DNA of 32,000 bases from Methylorubrum extorquens (GTDB taxonomy: Bacteria > Pseudomonadota > Alphaproteobacteria > Rhizobiales > Beijerinckiaceae): the NCBI GenBank assembly GCA_900234795.1, contig LT962688.1, positions 1,230,001-1,262,000 of the forward strand. The letters run 5' to 3'. How positions within the stretch are numbered: the first letter of the stretch is position 1; every line of letters starts with the position of its first letter. Shown here one piece after another: positions 30,641 to 32,000 of this stretch. The position numbers were made by a program, and so were the translations under genes. A model generated the notes under the pieces. The model was not told the origin of the DNA. It worked only from the letters and a program-made list of their open reading frames with translations, and searched no databases.

Positions 30641-32000
30641 ATGGTGCGCGGTTTGCTCTGGTCTCCTGCGGCTTCGGCGGCGAAGGAGAGGGACGGCATC
30701 GTGGTTTCGCGCGCAGATCTGGCGGAGGCGTTTTTCAGGCAGACCCTGCGGCCCGCCTCGTCCGCGGCGCGGGGGGCCGAGGGCACGGCGCGGTTCAGCC
30801 TGGAAGCCGCGCAGCAGCGGCCGGCGGCACCGGCCCGGCCCGCATCCCGCCGCGACGACACCGCCTCCGCCCGCAGCGATGCCATCAGGGCGGATAGGAT
30901 GGACGCGGCGAGAACAGAGAACGCCAAGATCGGGGCTGCCAGAACGGGGACGGCCAAAAGCGACAGGGCGAAAAGTGACAAGGCCGAGAGCGGGCCGTCC
31001 GGGGCTTTGCAGGAAAGCCGCGCCCAGGCTGCCTCGGCCCGCAGCAAGCCGCTCGCGGCAAGGACGGGACGCGACGGCGCGGAGGCCGCCTCCGCACGAG
31101 GTCCGGGCGCCGCCGCGAAGTCCGCCGCGCAGCGGCCGGAACGCCCGGCCGCCGACGGCGCGGAACCGGCGCAGGAAGCCGCTGCGGAAGAGGTCGCCGC
31201 CAAAGAAGCCGGTGCCGCGGTGGTATCCGAGGACGAGACAGGAGAGCGGGACGAGACCGATCCCGCATCGCCGGAGGCCGCCGCTCCCGCCGCCCTCTTC
31301 GCCCCGCCCCCCGCTCCGGCGCCAGCGCCGACGAATGCGGCGGGTGTGTCCGCGGGCGAGGGCGGGCTCGACGCGAATCAGTCCGTGACGGGCCTGCCCG
31401 GGGAGGCGACGGCAACCGGTCACGCCGCGAAGGCCGGCACGGGGGATGCCCCCGTCTCCGCCGCCGCGGGCACGGCCGGCTTCGAGGCGGCCCTCACCGA
31501 AGCAGGGGCGCCGACCGCCTCCCCCGTTCCGGCTCCCGCCGGTCCCGCAACCGCGCTCACCCCGCCCGGCGGCGTCGGCGCCGCGCAGGGCCCACAGGCA
31601 GCCCAGGCCGCGGACGCCGCGGCGGCGGCACCCCAGCCGGCGACGCCGCCGATCCCGCTGGGCGCCGTGCCGATGACGATCGGGCTGCGCTCGCTCTCAG
31701 GCATGAACCGCTTCGCGATCCGCCTCGACCCGGTCGAGCTCGGCCGCATCGACGTGTCGCTCGATCTCGACAAGGCGGGCGGCAAGGCGCGGGCGCATCT
31801 CGTGGTGGACCGTCCCGAGACCCTGGCCCTGCTCCAGCGCGATGCGGGCTCCCTGCAGCAGGCCCTGGCGCAGGCGGGCTTCGACGTCGGCGCCGAGGCC
31901 GGCGGGGGCGGGATCGATCTGTCCCTGCGCGGCGAGACCGGATCCCAGAGCGGCCGGGACGGCGAATCCGCGTCCCATGACCGCTCCGACGGCGGGCCGG
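30641..32000 (+). CDS. fliK: Flagellar hook-length control protein FliK-like (5' part; 3' end beyond the window)
   Basis: My own translation of the frame with codon starts at 3n+2. It is open from at least 30470 to the window end and is not in the track because it has no stop in the window. Long Ala/Pro/Lys-rich low-complexity region, then LGAVPMTIGLRSLSGMNRFAIRLDPVELGRIDVSLDLDKAGGKARAHLVVDRPETLALLQRDAGSLQQALAQAGFDV, a Flg_hook-type domain. The start is uncertain: ATG 30599, ATG 30641, or GTG 30701 behind AAGGAGAG. Confidence 0.6.
   Translation, partial: MVRGLLWSPAASAAKERDGIVVSRADLAEAFFRQTLRPASSAARGAEGTARFSLEAAQQRPAAPARPASRRDDTASARSDAIRADRMDAARTENAKIGAARTGTAKSDRAKSDKAESGPSGALQESRAQAASARSKPLAARTGRDGAEAASARGPGAAAKSAAQRPERPAADGAEPAQEAAAEEVAAKEAGAAVVSEDETGERDETDPASPEAAAPAALFAPPPAPAPAPTNAAGVSAGEGGLDANQSVTGLPGEATATGHAAKAGTGDAPVSAAAGTAGFEAALTEAGAPTASPVPAPAGPATALTPPGGVGAAQGPQAAQAADAAAAAPQPATPPIPLGAVPMTIGLRSLSGMNRFAIRLDPVELGRIDVSLDLDKAGGKARAHLVVDRPETLALLQRDAGSLQQALAQAGFDVGAEAGGGGIDLSLRGETGSQSGRDGESASHDRSDGGP

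Noticed and set aside
30452-31423. Overlapping 170-320-aa ORFs on both strands (e.g. 30452-31423 -, 30606-31388 +, 30885-31415 -)
   Set aside because: They are extremely Arg/Pro/Gly-rich artefacts of a GC-rich low-complexity coding region. The frame that ends in the FliK domain is the credible one.
1-32000. Genomic island, defence system, prophage, CRISPR, tRNA or rRNA signals
   Set aside because: I recognised no integrase, transposase, restriction/modification, toxin-antitoxin, Cas or phage genes. There are no repeat-spacer arrays and no tRNA-like GGTTCGAATCC T-loops. Composition is uniform apart from short AT-rich promoter patches. The window looks like core chromosome.

Overview
High-GC (about 70%) alphaproteobacterial chromosomal window. 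Gene content and codon usage look Methylobacterium/Methylorubrum-like, but that assignment is inference only. I saw no rRNA, tRNA, CRISPR array, transposase or integrase. Many long ORFs in the supplied track are Arg/Ala/Gly/Pro-rich antisense shadows of real genes. Two real genes run off the window edges and are missing from the track: a minus-strand gene at 1-2800 and a plus-strand gene from about 30641 to 32000. Left to right: (1) a large propeller/malectin extracellular-type protein; (2) a poorly coding 1.8 kb stretch with two small Shine-Dalgarno-preceded ORFs; (3) a translationally coupled iron-uptake operon (TonB-dependent receptor, DUF3649-like, PepSY-TM, DUF3325-like, unknown 97 aa) behind an AT-rich palindrome-rich promoter island; (4) a secreted thermonuclease-like gene; (5) a PepSY / OmpR-type regulator / histidine kinase module; (6) a KaiA-less Kai timing locus: divergent single-domain receiver, kaiC with a C-terminal coiled-coil tail, two tandem kaiB genes and a PAS hybrid histidine kinase; (7) Sua5/TsaC; (8) an acyl-CoA dehydrogenase apparently split by a frameshift; (9) TetR with two 19-bp operators, emrA-like and emrB-like efflux genes separated by a 113-bp palindromic repeat element; (10) a Tat-signal beta-carbonic anhydrase; (11) an orphan histidine kinase; (12) TVP38/DedA-like and PmtA-like methyltransferase genes; (13) mnmA; (14) the 5' part of a FliK-like flagellar hook-length gene. 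The best candidate for new biology is the Kai locus: duplicated and divergent kaiB, a possible coupled upstream ORF, and an undefined kinase/receiver output. The KaiBC family itself is already described, so only these locus-specific features would be novel.
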